Shown here piece after piece: positions 1 to 12,748 of a DNA stretch of 64,000 nucleotides; position 1 is the stretch's first letter; every line of letters starts with the position of its first letter. A program made the position numbers and the translations under genes. The DNA comes from Rhodosorus marinus CCMP1338 (Eukaryota > Plantae > Rhodophyta): the NCBI GenBank assembly GCA_029953675.1, contig JAMWBK010000003.1:310001-374000 (forward strand), in the 5' to 3' direction. The notes beneath the pieces were generated by a model. The model searched no databases. It was not told the origin of the DNA and saw nothing but the letters and a program-made list of their open reading frames with translations.

Positions 1-502
1 GTTCCTCGCTTTCCTTCCCTTGTTCAGATCGTTTTTGATACCACTCTTTGAGCATCGTTCCGCCAAAGTACAGGAACAGAACTGCAGCAGCTAGGGAGGT
101 GTACTTCACATCGAGCATGAGCGGGAACGCTACTCCAAGAGCGGCAGATAATATCGTCATCAAATAGAGCGCTACAAGTGCACCTACCAAAACCTGCAAT
201 CTTCCATTCTTCATCGCCAAAATGGCCGCGATAAAAAACGTCCTATCCCCAATCTCGGTGACCAAAATGATCAAAAAGCTCTGGAACAAAGCCGTAAAGA
301 AACCAGTTCCTGTAAAAACCAAAACCAGGCCCGACAAACAAGGACGCCCCTCAGAAACAGAAGAAAAAAAGTCCAAATTACACTTGTCGACAAATCCCTT
401 ACCAGTAAAATACCCGTGAAAAGAGCTGGGCAGACTTCCCAAAGCTTCATGCGCTGCTGCTGAAGCATCCACTCCGGCCCCTTGAGAAACTGTTTGTTCC
501 AT
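1..502 (-). CDS. GDT1: GDT1/TMEM165 (UPF0016) family Ca2+/Mn2+ transporter, 5' part (runs off window)
   Basis: ATG 502; exon 502-403, GT-AG intron 402-310, exon 309-1. Spliced reading MEQTVSQ...GTGFFTALFQSFLIILVTEIGDRTFFIAAILAMK contains the E-x-G-D-[KR]-T motif followed by hydrophobic helices. Confidence 0.9.
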   Translation of the reverse strand, partial: MEQTVSQGAGVDASAAAHEALGSLPSSFHGYFTGKGFVDKCNLDFFSSVSEGRPCLSGLVLVFTGTGFFTALFQSFLIILVTEIGDRTFFIAAILAMKNGRLQVLVGALVALYLMTILSAALGVAFPLMLDVKYTSLAAAVLFLYFGGTMLKEWYQKRSEQGKESEE

Positions 503-860
503 TCTTCCCACCCCTCCCTCCACCAGAAGACCGTCTTCAAACTCTTTCACAATCCACAATCCTCTCTCTCCCCTCCCCCCCCGTAACAGAACTCCAACAC
601 ACTCACCAACGTTTTCTCCACAGCTAACAACTACTAACCCTCTTTAACTCCATATCCGAAACCCTCAAATCCATTTCTTAGTAGAGTTTTCATTACACAA
701 TATTCCCAAACACATTTGTCAGTCAGTGACCACCGCGACAGCACCGTACAGATACCCTCCCCCAACCACCACTCCCACGGTGGTCAATCACCTGACGTGA
801 TCTATGTCAAGAGAACACGAGTTTGATCTCTCCATTGGTGAGTTAGTTGATTTGGTTTTG

Positions 861-1285
861 TTCATAGGTACTATCAGGTATTTTTTCCTATAGTATGAGT
901 GCTGGGCGTCATGTCCATGACGCCCTTGAAAAGTCAGTTGACTCACTGGTTTGTCAACGTCTCCTAGCTGAGCTGATCTATTTTTATAGAACACCAGTTT
1001 GGTCTCCAATGTTGAGTTAGTTCATGGTACTAGCGGGTTTTTTTCGATGGTATGAGTGACGTGGGTATCAAGTCCATGACGAAGCAAGGACGCCACGGAC
1101 ATGACGCTCTTGCTTCACCCGATTGACTTACTGGCTTGTCAACGGCTCCTAGCTGAGCTGATATTTCTCTATAAAACACCGGTTTAGGTCTCGATTGGTA
1201 CGACAGTTGACAGGGTTCTTCATAGTGCTAAGAGGTGGGTTTCGATGGCATGAATGCTGAGCGTCATGGCCATGCGCCTTGACTC
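861..1285. repeat. Degenerate tandem repeat, ~185-bp period, ~2.5 copies
   Basis: Core CTCCTAGCTGAGCTGAT at 961-977 and 1146-1162; TTCAT-GGTACTA..GTATGAGTG..GTCCATG block recurs at ~861, ~1021 and ~1218. Confidence 0.7.
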
Positions 1286-1782
1286 CACCCAACTAGGACG
1301 TTGAATAGTCACCTCAGACACAGTACACACGTTATACACCTGATCGCTCCAGCTGTGCTTCTCCAGGGTTCTTCGACGGTACTAACATTTTCATTTGGTG
1401 GTACTAACAGACAACTGCTTCAATTATTTGAAGAACATTATTTAAATCGTTGCTTTAGTACAACCATGCCGTACTAGCCGAGATTGTGAGATAGGGGACC
1501 TCACGGGTGGTGGGTAAGCACAAGTGAGCCAACGATACTCGTGAAGCTAGGAAGCAGAGGTCAGTCGCAGACAGGACGACAACAAGCAGCCTGATGAAGT
1601 ATGGAAAGGGACAGTTATGATCAATATTGACACATCCTCGTTCAGATGAACTCCTTGCTTGTCTCAGATATCTTTAGACAGGCAAAGGTTTCCTTCTGAG
1701 TCTCTACCCGGCAAAGCTCACTAGAAAGTCCGTTTACACAAATTTAATTGTCATTAACTACAAATGGTTTTAAAAATGTTAA

Positions 1783-3392
1783 TCAGTGGTCCTGAGACCA
1801 TTGAACGCTTTTCAAATCTACTCCTTCCTGTACCATCTCCCACAGAGGTGACATCTTCCGCAGCCGTGTAACCTCTCGAACTGTCTGGTCGCCCACGAAA
1901 TCGATCTCTTCGCTCGTGGTGAATCTACCAATACCGAACCGGATTGACGTATGGGCGAGTTCATCATCCACACCTAGAGCTCGAAGAACGTAGCTGGGCT
2001 CGAGGGAAGCAGACGTGCAAGCAGATCCACTTGATACTGCAACGGATTTGATAGCCATTAACAAAGATTCGCCTTCAACGTACGCAAACGAAATGTTCAG
2101 ATTGCCTGGATACCGCTTGTCCACGGATCCGTTCACAACAGTGTCCTTGAGGCCCTCTCGTATCCGATTATAGAGTCTGTTTGAAAGCGCCACAGTGTGA
2201 TTATAATCCGATTCCATTTCCTCATTTGCTATTTGACATGCTGCGCCCAGTCCAACCACAAGGGGCGTTGGTAGGGTTCCAGAGCGGAGACCACGTTCTT
2301 GCCCGCCTCCGTTGATAACTGGCTCGAGTCGTACACGAGGCCTCCGTCGTACGTAGATAGCTCCAACACCTTTTGATCATTGTTTTCACATGAAAACGGA
2401 GGGGAAACGGTGTTAGACTCGTTCTTTTCCGGGGCCGCTAGTAGACACTTTGGAACAGGACTATCCTCTGGTCACTACCTTTTGGACCGTACAGCTTGTG
2501 ACCCGAAATACTCATCAGGTCGATGTTCATCTCGTCGACGTCCATTTTGATCTTCCCTACAGCTTGCGCAGCGTCGGTATGGAAGAAGACTCCATTCTTT
2601 CGGCATATTCCACCAGCTTCTGCGACAGGTTGAATGACTCCGATCTCGTTGTTGACGGTCATCATCGAGAACAACGCGGTTGTCGGGCGAATAGCCTTCT
2701 TCAGGTCATCAAGATCAATCAATCCCTCCTAATAGGATAGTTCTTTCAGGTTTCTACTAACAGAACTATGTTCGCTTGTTGCTGTGGAAGCGCTCTTCCG
2801 ACTTACCGAGTTCACGGGCAAGTAAGTTACTTCCACTCCTTGCTGCTGCATGACTCTGCAGGAGTCCAGAACACACTTGTGTTCAGTCTGCGTTGTAATT
2901 ATATGGTTCTTCCTCGCTTTGTAAAAGTTTCCCACTCCCTTCACAGCGAGGTTATTGCTCTCAGTCGCCCCAGAAGTGAAGATGATCTCCTTCGGATCCG
3001 CGTTAATCAAATCTGCCACGGATTTTCTGGCCTTCTCGACAGCCTCTTCAGAATCCCATCCGTAGTAGTGAGTCTTCGAATGCGGATTTCCATATTTTGA
3101 AACCAGGTACGGAAGCATCTGGTCAAGCACTCTCGGATCCAACGGAGTTGTAGCCTAGGTCACATAGCAGATATCAATCGACGGGAAGCGGCCTCAACGT
3201 CAACGATCACGTTAAAACCCTCAATACAAGCAATACACTCACCTGCATATCAAAGTAAACTGGTCGGCCCCCAAGTGATACCTCAATATTCGCAGTTTTC
3301 TGCAAATGCTGCACCATCTCATTGGTATCTCCAGCTTCCGAAGACATCCATCTACTCCTCCCAACCAACCTTCCAATCCCACGTCTAAACAT
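1783..3392 (-). CDS. NFS1: Mitochondrial cysteine desulfurase (NifS/IscS), 4 exons
   Basis: Exons 3392-3243, 3154-2807, 2728-2479, 2369-1783. Presequence MFRRGIGRL..., [30 protein letters not shown]-Lys [10 protein letters not shown], catalytic SSGSAC, C-terminal SPLWEM...W. Confidence 0.97.
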
Positions 3393-3723
3393 CCTTCCCC
3401 AAAGTCCTCAAAAAAAGAGTCAAAACAAAGCCACTCCTCTCCAACTTGACGACCAAAAAACAATAAAAACACAACCACAAACCACCCCACCAAAAAAGCA
3501 ACGCTCTCTCAAACGAACTACCCCTTCTTCAAACAGTCCTTCTACCCGCAGAAAAAATCTCCTCAAATCGTCTTCTCCATCCTCTAAACAAGAAAAACAA
3601 ACCAAAAACCGTCTGCTTCTGAGACACCTCTGCCGAACCTCTTCGCTCATAAAAATACCAAATCTCATTCTCTCTTCCACACCGGAAAAAGGATTTGCAC
3701 AATACATCCAATTAACATATAGA

Positions 3724-3809
3724 ACGTGTCTTTATAGATAACTAATCCAATTAATATTTAGTACGTGTCTTTAGATTACCTATGTACTAATGAAAATACT
3801 GCACGTGTC
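3724..3809. promoter_or_regulatory. Three ACGTGTC (ABRE/G-box-like) motifs spaced 39-40 bp, upstream of NFS1
   Basis: ACGTGTC at 3724, 3763 and 3803; the first two lie in a duplicated AATTAA..TAG.ACGTGTCTTTA unit. Function inferred only. Confidence 0.4.
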
Positions 3810-4967
3810 CATGCTGGATCGGTTGCGGTTTCACTGTTGGTCCTCAGCGAAAGTTTGGACTGAGCTGTTCGTTTTATTGGAAAGGTACCGACTGTAGAGT
3901 GACTTTTGCGAAAGCTTGTGCGTTATAGAAAGCCAGAATGTCCGAGAGAGGAATCTGTTCGTGGGGTCTGACTCCCTAACGTCGACTTCTGTGGTCGTTT
4001 GCTGATCATGCTTAAATGAGGCGATGAGAGTCCTGCCCACGTCTTGTCGTGAACATCAGAACTCCAGGGCATATCCTCTTCAGCGGATAACCAGAGGGTG
4101 ATGTCGCACTGGACAGCAGGGAGGCCTGGGCCGGGTAAGTTCTGATGGTGTTGCCTTTTGAAACGGCAGCCCAGCTAAGTTCATGCAGAACTGGCCTGAG
4201 GCAGGAGGACGTCCTTGATATCCGCAGATTCTTCCATCGAATATCTTTTGAAGCCTTTTGTAGTCTTGCTACCCTCGATCGCCGTCTCCCGAGCATTCCT
4301 TTCACCTTCGCGCTACATGAGAATGACAACTTGACGACGAAATTTTTCACTAAAACGGTAGTAGTATCATCTATGTACTATTCGCCAAGTGTAGTACGAG
4401 TTCCTTTTTTTCTTGAACCTCTTCAAGCTCCCGTCGGTAGAAGCCAATAAAAATGTGACGCGTGGAATGTATCCAAGAGATAATTGGCTTCAGTTTACTC
4501 TTCTCGACTCGGCATTGTCATATTGGTTTGCTCCCCTTCACCATCGACTGCTTTCGCTCGTCTTTTGACTTGGTTGAAGCACCCGTTGGCTTCGTACTCT
4601 GTTTCGTAGCGACCCAGGGCGTCTTGACGGCCTCATCACGAAGCTATCTTTGAATATCTGCTGTTCAAAACGCTGCTTTATTCTTGGACGCGTCTCTTCA
4701 TCGGCAACCATCTTGGTTCCCGCTACGGTTCTCAGGGTGTCGGCTCTGAATAGTGGATGATGATGAAAATCTCCGATCCTGAGTTAAAACAGCTTGGTTT
4801 GCCAAAAATTCGACGAAATCAGGAAATGTGGTTTGGTTAGTCCACCGCTTTCATGCTGATGTCGGAGTTTGCGAAGGACTTGGGAAGGGCTGGGGCGGAT
4901 GAAGTTTTGGAGTAGCAAGTGGAAGACGTTGATTTGAGAGTCACTGTAAAATATCTGGAGTTTTCAG

Positions 4968-5457
4968 ATGCATCCAAACTTGTCCCTACATTTGCATCCA
5001 TCTGTAAGCGCAATTCTGAATCCCGTTTCGTTCGGCTTCTTGTTCTCCAGCTGATCCTCGAGAGCTAGTTTTCTATCCCTTCCTTGCTGCCTGGACGCGC
5101 TGAATCTTATTCAATCTTTCTCTATGTTGTATGTCTCTCGTTCTGAATTGCGAGCAGTGCAAGGCGGAGATAAAGGAGCTGCACAACTGCCATGAGGTGC
5201 ACCGGTTCCTGAGCTTCTTTGGAAAATGTAATAATGCAAAGACCGCCTTGGATCTATGCTTGGGGAAGGAGGTATGGCACTAAGTACACATTGATATCGT
5301 CACTCGAAAAAATTGTACTATGTCACATGAATGGGACTCATCCTCCAATTTTGATCCCGCACACCAGTTTCAAATTCGAAGGGAGCTGAACAGACAATGG
5401 AAGCTTGATAGGGATGAGATGTTTCGCCAACTCGACGGTGAAGCAAGTTCTCCATGA
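4968..5457 (+). CDS. CMC2: Twin CX9C mitochondrial COX assembly protein, CMC2-like (79 aa, 3 exons; not in ORF track)
   Basis: Exons 4968-5003, 5158-5271, 5368-5457 give MHPNLSLHLHPSCKAEIKELHNCHEVHRFLSFFGKCNNAKTALDLCLGKEFQIRRE...; two CX9C motifs and an MHPxLxxHLH start typical of CMC2. Confidence 0.9.
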
Positions 5458-5797
5458 AGGATCTAACTATCTAGCATAGTAGAGTGTACACTAAATCACT
5501 GTTTACGAAAGTTTACGTAGATAGTTCTTCGCGTTTTCAACTGTGAATAATTGAATCGGTTTCGCTCCCCAACGCAGTTTTGCCCGACCTCTGCAGTATG
5601 CTTGCATACAATGAGAAATCACTGGAGCATGTCCTTTCCTTCTCTGAAAGACTCTAGCTGATCATGCAGCACTTTACTGAATGAATCGCAAACCATTCCC
5701 CCAATCTGCCACGGCTTCAGAACCCCCCCCAACTCAGCATATTCACACAGTGCTTGGTAAAGATCTCATTTCCATCACATATCAAACTTTTTATTAT

Positions 5798-6441
5798 CTA
5801 CTTAAGAGGAATGAACCGGGAGGAGTTGGTAGCTCCGATACCCGGCTTACCGTGCTTCACAGGCTTATACGTGATGCTAAATTCACCCAAATAGTGAGCA
5901 ACCATCTCCGGCTTAATTTCTACAGAGTTGAACGTCTTGCCATTGTATACACCCACAACAGATCCAATCATCTCAGGAACGATAACCATGTCTCTCAAAT
6001 GCGTCTTCACCTGAGCAGTGATCAATAATCCAAGGGCATTGACGGGTCAGAAAGAGCAATTTACGTCAACTTATCCCGTCATAAAAGAAGATCTCTTGAA
6101 ACACTTACTGCAGTTGGCTTCTCATTTGGCTGCGCTGCCTGCTTGGCCTTCTTCAATTTATTAAGAAGGGCTCTCTGCTTCCTCTGCCAACCCCTGGTCA
6201 ACCTTCTCCTCGCACGAGCGTGGTACAGCACAATCTGCTGCTCCGGTTTCAAGTCCAAAAGAGCCTCCAAATCCGTTCCTCTGTACGTAAACGTACGGAA
6301 AGTACGTCTCCTAGGCGGCGCTGCTCCTACAACAGGAAACCAAAACACTCAAAAAAAACTTTAGAAAGGAGAGTCATACACAAAAACCATCCAAAACCAC
6401 ACCAAAAAGAATCAAAAAAATCAAAACTTACCCTCTACCAT
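5798..6441 (-). CDS. RPS15: 40S ribosomal protein uS19 (RPS15), 3 exons
   Basis: Exons 6441-6432, 6326-6109, 6010-5798. [45 protein letters not shown]-terminal [12 protein letters not shown]. Confidence 0.98.
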
Positions 6442-7885
6442 TGTGCACTTTCCCAAACAAATGCAAAATACACCAACCCAACTTCCTTAGCCCGCTTTCC
6501 TAGACGCCCTCCTTCCCTCCCCCATCCACCTCGTCTCCTTCGAACCAACTCAAGCCTTCGAAAAAGTGCACAAATTTTTCATCCCGTCCGCAAAGCCCGA
6601 GTTTTTGCTCAATTCGTCACCAGCGCGCCGGTGACTCAACCACACGAAAATCTTCTAGAAAACTTTTACTTGATTAAATCAATTTTTAGGTATCTAAACG
6701 TTAATTTACAATCACATCTTTTTACCATTACTTCTTCGCCCCTTACGAGCAGCAACCAAAATTATGAAAGGACTAATAGTTTTAATAATTCAGCAATTCT
6801 GCTGGGGGATGATTTTTCTCCTACTGGTTGGTGTTGTGGCGGAGATGGGTTATTTTTATTTATCGGGTGTATTTTATGAAATTTTACCCTAGAAAAAAAC
6901 CACGCCGCCGTCGAATCAGGCGTACGGTTTGTTCAATTGTTTATTGACACGTGGCGGGTGATTTTTTGGTGGAGTGTTGAATTGTACAAAATACTAGTTG
7001 TGTACTATCGAATCAGGTTTTGGTGTCAGCAGCCTTGGTGAGATCGGTAGAGGGGGTTGATGATATCTGCTTCTGACTAAGATCGATGGCGGTGTTCTCT
7101 AGTCCGCGTTAGAGTTGACACCAGAAATAAGCTCCACTATTCACGTCTTCTAAGGATGGTGAGACTCCGAATGGATCCTCGTCATCTTGGTCGTCGATCA
7201 GATCACGTTTAGGTTGGTGACTCCGTGTTCCAATGAACTTCCGAAGCTAGTGTGAATAAAATACTTGCTGGCGAACAGGTGTTTTCTTGAAGAAAAACAT
7301 TCCTAGGCAACCCAACCTGAGCTTCATGGGAGCATGTCGTTTCCTGCCGTCTTCGAATTTATTCTCGTATTTGGTAATATTTTTTGGTCTTTCTTGATGA
7401 AGGACGCGATGGAAAGGTCACTCTGCGGTGCATTGCTGTGAGTTCGACTCCTAATTCATCCGAGAACGGAAGCAGAGGATGACTAGCGAGCTCCTTCAGG
7501 GACAAACCACCGAACCGATCGGGAACGACGCTCAGCATGCGCTCCAAAGAATAATTCTCGAGTGTCGAGGTATGGACGTGTCTCTTTCGAAACTCGTGTC
7601 CTACGAAACGAGCCATGCGCATTTGCTCACAGATGATTGGAAGTCGAAAAAATTCTTGTTTCGTAGGTAAAGCGAAGCACTGCAGCAAGTTATTCGCATA
7701 AAGTTTCATTTTACAGTTTTCGCATGGAGTTGGAACATCATTGAACATCCGCCCACGTTCATATGAACCGGTCAAACGGATATATCACAGCTGACGTTAT
7801 GAAATCAAGTTAAGTGAAGAGTAGAGTCTAGAAGACGTGTTTTCGAACGTATGAAGAAGAGCATTGAATACCGTCACCGATGGAA

Positions 7886-10183
7886 CTACTTCCTGCCGGT
7901 GTGAACCTCCTTCATGGCCAACCCGGAAGGATCCTTGTTCTTCTTCCATTCCTGGTCCCACTCGAGGGCGGTGGATGTGGAGCAAGCAATGCTTGCTTCG
8001 GTGAATACCGAGTGCCGAGCAGAAGCAGTTCCAAACTTCTCTTCAAAAATACGCCTGTAGAGGAAAGCTTCCTTGGACTCTGGCGTGAGGAATGGATAGG
8101 TCCGCTCACGAAGAGCAAACTCTGCATCGGTAACAATTTCTCCAGCCAAGTCCTTCAGTCCATCAATCCAGCTGTAGCCAACCTAAGGTGCGCAATAGAG
8201 TTAAAAGGAGCGTGGTTAGATCATTATGAATGAGGGTAGTGCTCCTCGACTCCTTCTCAAGGCTTACTCCGTCTGAGAACTGCTCCTTCTGCCTCCACAA
8301 GACGTCGTCCGGAATATACGGCTCATCTGGTGTGTCGAACGCTTCTCGAAGGATATGCTTCTCGATTCTCTTGCGCCCTGTGTTATCCTCCCCAGCAATC
8401 ATTTTCCATGGCGCGAGCCAATCGTTCATGCAGTAGGACATGAAGTCCTGGTCCAAGAACGGCACCCGAATCTGGACGGCATTACAAGAACACGAGAAAA
8501 ACAGTCAGCTTCTCATCAACCAGAAGCTTCCCTTTCCCATGGCAGTATCGCCATGGGAAAGGGAATACATAGTTCCAGCTTCTACTCACTTCTACGCCCC
8601 ACGCCATCGTGGACTTGTTGGCCCGCAGAACATCGTAGTGGTTGAGGAGCTGAATCTTCCTCTTCGTCTCCGCATGCAGCTCTTCGGCGCTCGGCGCCTT
8701 GTGGAAGTAGAGGTATCCACCGAAGATTTCATCCGCACCTTCACCTGAGAGAACCATCTTTACTCCCATAGCCTTGATCATTCGCGAAAGCAGGAACATG
8801 GCAGTTGAAGCTCGGATAGTTGTCACGTCGAAAGTCTCTACGTGTTGAATAACATCCGGCAAGGAATCAATTCCATCTTGCACGGTGAAAACAAACTCAT
8901 GGTGAACCGTTCCAACGTAGTCTGCGACTTTCTTGGCGGCGATCAGATCTGGAGCTCCCTTCAATCCTATTGAGAAAGAATGGACCTGTGGCCAGTACAC
9001 TTGACTGCCGTCGTCCCTGGAGTCATGAGCATGCCTGCACACAATCGCAGAGATAAGCGAAGAGTCGAGACCTGGAAGAACAACATCAGGATAGCGGCAG
9101 AAATAGCTGTTAGAGAACTAAAAAAAAAACTTGAGGATTGTCCCTCCCTCGTACGGATGAAGTCAGACCCTACCTCCTGACAGCAGAACGCCGTAGGGTA
9201 CATCCGTCATCATTCTCTTCTGCACAGAGTTCTCCAGATGATTGCGGACAGCTGCAAGAACTTCCTTAGTGCAGTCCCCGAAGGGTGCTCCAGGGCTTTC
9301 GCAAAAGTGATTGGATGGATACCGGGGCAGCAACTTCTTTTCCCTCTCCTAAAGTTGTGTTCGATGTTTGATTTAAGACTTGGCCTTTCGACAGGTAAGT
9401 GAACTGCCAGTCCGTGAGGATTCTCGCTTACCATCCACATGCCCTTGGCGGAGTTGTAGTTGTACGTGAGGATAGCTCCGGGGTCGACCTGGTCGACTTG
9501 GACGCACCACTGGTGAATAGCCTTCATCTCCGAAGCGAAGAGCAAAGAGCCGGCAGCTGTATGTCCGATGTAGAGGGGATCAACGCCCATTCTGTCCCTC
9601 CCTACGAAAATGCAATCCTTTTGCAAGTCGTACAAGCAGAACGCAAAGTCTCCATCAATCAGGTTCATCACCTGCGTACCACAAGGACAGAATCCAGAGT
9701 CAGTTTCCGACGTCAATTTGAGAAGGCAAACCTTAAGTTTTCGCTTCGAGTTACCTTCTCAAAGTCCTGGAGTTCCTCATAAAGCATGGCGATGACTTCG
9801 CAATCACTCCTCACTTCATGGCTGTAGTTCTTCAAGTAGGTTTCCAGCAAGAACTTGTAGTTGTAGATCTCTCCGTTAACGACCAAAACGGTCTTTGTGT
9901 TTCCGTGTTCATCTGTTCGTACGATAGGCTGCGCACCAGTCTCCGGTTTCACAACAGCCAAACGCGTATGACCGAACGCAACCCTGCTCTGACTCTCAGA
10001 CGCCGGCCTCGAGAACTTCCCGGGCCAGCAGCCGAACCAATCCGGTCCGCGGTGAGTCAGGCACTTAGACGCCGTCAGCGCCCAGTCCCTCGCCGTGGCG
10101 GCCTCCCCAGATCTCAGCAGGCCGTTGGCAACTCCATTCGCGGAGTCCGCTCCAGCGAGAAGCACAGCAGTGATTCCACACAT
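7886..10183 (-). CDS. ASNS: Glutamine-dependent asparagine synthetase (Ntn amidotransferase plus synthetase), multi-exon
   Basis: ATG 10183 MCGI (Cys2 nucleophile), [20 protein letters not shown], spliced [58 protein letters not shown]. Confidence 0.96.
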
Positions 10184-12026
10184 CTTCTTATACTTCAGTA
10201 AATACCGTAGCTTAGACAATTACAACTCGCCAGTTGCTTCCCACAGCTACCCCTCACAAGGAAGCTCATCCCGATAACTCCCCGCCAGACGACTCCCACT
10301 AACATGATCTCCTTTATAGTCATCTATCATCATGAAGGATATTTCGCGTTTTCCTCAAAATGCGAACTGCTCACAAAAAATATGAACCAAAAAGACGTAT
10401 TTCTAAAACCGAAATTGAAACTATGGTTCGAAACGGGTTCGAACCTTTACCGTATAAATTTAAAGTATATACAGCCATCTTACTTAAAATATCGGTCTAT
10501 ATATTTAGTTTATATGAAGCGTACGTTGGATATACTATAAAGTGATGAAGAATGATTCGGTGACACGCTTCGATAGTACGTTAAGTAATGGCGGGCGTAC
10601 TTGTCGTACTATCGACGCGTGTTATAAAATAATTGGAACAATCTCGCCGATTGACCAGTACAAACGAATTATCTCAACTTTCGTGGGTTGATTGGTTGTA
10701 TTCTTTCCACTAGCATTTCATCATTTGATTAATTTATAAATAACTTCATGTCTTTTAGTTGGTATTGGCTTATCGTTTGACTGTTGCAAACATAAATAAC
10801 GAATTTCTCTATACATTCTCGCTCTAGATTGGTTTGTCTTCCACTATCCACATATTTCATTGGAGTATAAAAACAGCTATAATAGTGTAATGTTTTGTAG
10901 TTATCAGTGTTAGAAATGGATCACGTTCATCCAATCAAAACTCTCCTAGTATCGGCTAACCCAAGAAGCAATCAGAGCGCAGACCGTTCAACATCGATAA
11001 AACAATGAAAATTCTAGAAACGCGCTTGTGAACACGTCTAGACCGCATGTTCATTGACTGTAATCAATCAATTTTGGATTCTGAAAACGCGATCGGATAG
11101 AAAAATAATTGAATCAGGGTAAGATGGTTGGGACGTCCCGTATGTCCCTGGCATCAATGGAGGCAGGGCTAGGTTACCAAGCAATGGAGCATCGAGCTGC
11201 CAATGAGAAATAGGTCGGACAGGTTGGTTATGATTGGTCGGACGGGTGACGAGTAAGAGCTTGAAATCTACCCTAGGTATTGCCGTCCCAAGCTTTTCGA
11301 TAGGAGACGCTGGTATTCGAAACTGAAGGAGGTTCACGCGAGTTTGGTCGTCGCTTTGAGAACTGTTTTAGTGATTATTCTGTATGAGGACTGCTTGTTA
11401 CCAGATACGGAATCAGCAGTGAAGGCCTTTCGTTCTTTTTTTTTGCAATTCGATCCTCACGGTTCTCCTTAGTCAAGCTAGTAACAGGCAGCTGCACCCG
11501 CAACATAGCCGCTCACTTCTTCCGTCGGCTACCTCTTATGTACCCTTCAAAGCCGATGAGGTGCTATCTCTCTTCTCATGACCCGCGGTCATCGTGCTAG
11601 CTGTCACTTGACCGCCACACGACGAGATATGCAAGGAAAAGCACCCTTGCACTTGGCTACCATCAGTTAAAACCCCTGCCTGCCTGTCGTCTATAGCCGC
11701 GTGACTATTGGAATCCGCCAACTATATTCGACAGACTACTGCCCATACAGCTCGTTGAAGATCGCCGAAAAAGAAGCGTAGTTTCTTCGCTCGTTGCAAG
11801 GCGTCACTTGTCCTGCTCGGGCGATGAGTTATATATCCGATTCAGCCTCGGGCTAGAGAAGAGCTGAAGACGGAGACCTCATCGATGTCTCTCGCAGGCA
11901 GTTGTTTTCTGTTTAAGGCTAGTACTATTAGTTCAAGTCGTATCGTGGAATACATAACTTTTTTGGTTTGGACGAAACAGTACAATCGCGTGATGATATC
12001 TAAGTTGCTTTCCAATCCCACAGGAT

Positions 12027-12748
12027 TTAAGTTTCTGAAGCTGCTTCCACTTCCGAGGTCTCTTTCGCAGGGCTAGGAGCAGAAGTATCCTCAACGCATG
12101 CAATCTCTACAGAGAAGGAAAGGTCTTCTCCTGGTTTGAAATCCTTGCGCATGTCGTTTACCTGAACGGATCAGAACGGTCTCACGTCAGAAGCCAATCA
12201 CTCGTGAGTGACCTGAGAGTATGGACGATGCGCAATTACCTTGGGGTCGTACTCTGGGACAAATGCTTGGCCCTCGCACTTCTTAAGGTTGCTACTTTCA
12301 ATGGCATATGTGAGAGAATCTGCCAGTACTTCTTCCAAGGCGAAACTGACGATTTTTGGTTTCATGAAGGGTGGAACTTGACCTTTCCTGAACCCTGGAA
12401 ACTTCGCATTTTTCTTGAACTCCCCAAAAATTGTCTGAAAGACTTCCTTGGATTTGCCTCCTGATACTTTCAGACCGAACTTGTATTTGGCGGTTACCTC
12501 ACCCTGACCCTCCTCGCCGAACAAAACATCCAACCTCTCCTTCGACTCTGAGGTCAATTAAAACAAATACCACACGAGGCACAGAAGAAGTCAAAAACTA
12601 GGACTGTCGAATCATCCAATTCCTGTCAAATCTCTAAATCCTTACCAAGGCTGTAATCCATTCGCCATCTTGAGCATCGAGACCCCCGCTGAGTGCTTCT
12701 CGCACTCGTCAACACCCCGGCGCTCAATCCAAACCCAAGCATATCCAT
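12027..12748 (-). CDS. Plastid-targeted trigger-factor ribosome-binding (N-terminal) domain protein, 3 exons
   Basis: Exons 12748-12646 (transit-peptide-like MDMLGFGLSAGVLTSARS...), 12547-12240 (KKNAKFPGFRKGQVPP, the GFRxGxxP loop) and a short last exon ending FKPGEDLSFSVEIAC...ET* at 12027. Confidence 0.8.

Noticed and set aside
1591-1655. TGATGA with ATCCTCGTTCA (partial 18S complement)
   Set aside because: No proper D box after the match; lies antisense in the NFS1 3' region; likely chance.
4386-4398. CAAGTGTAGTA resembling the U2 snRNA branch-recognition region
   Set aside because: Flanks do not match U2 stem I or stem IIa.
4757-4862. ATGATGA...CTGA C/D-like boxes upstream of CMC2, and a minus-strand AGAGCCGACA..CTGA match to 25S
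   Set aside because: The plus-strand candidate has no rRNA complement I could recognise; the minus-strand one has a 10-nt match but no C box.
7359-7775. 138-aa minus ORF downstream of asparagine synthetase
   Set aside because: No recognisable motif; coding strand ambiguous.
10424-10445. GGTTCGAA..TTCGAACC, T-loop-like
   Set aside because: No cloverleaf; just a short palindrome.
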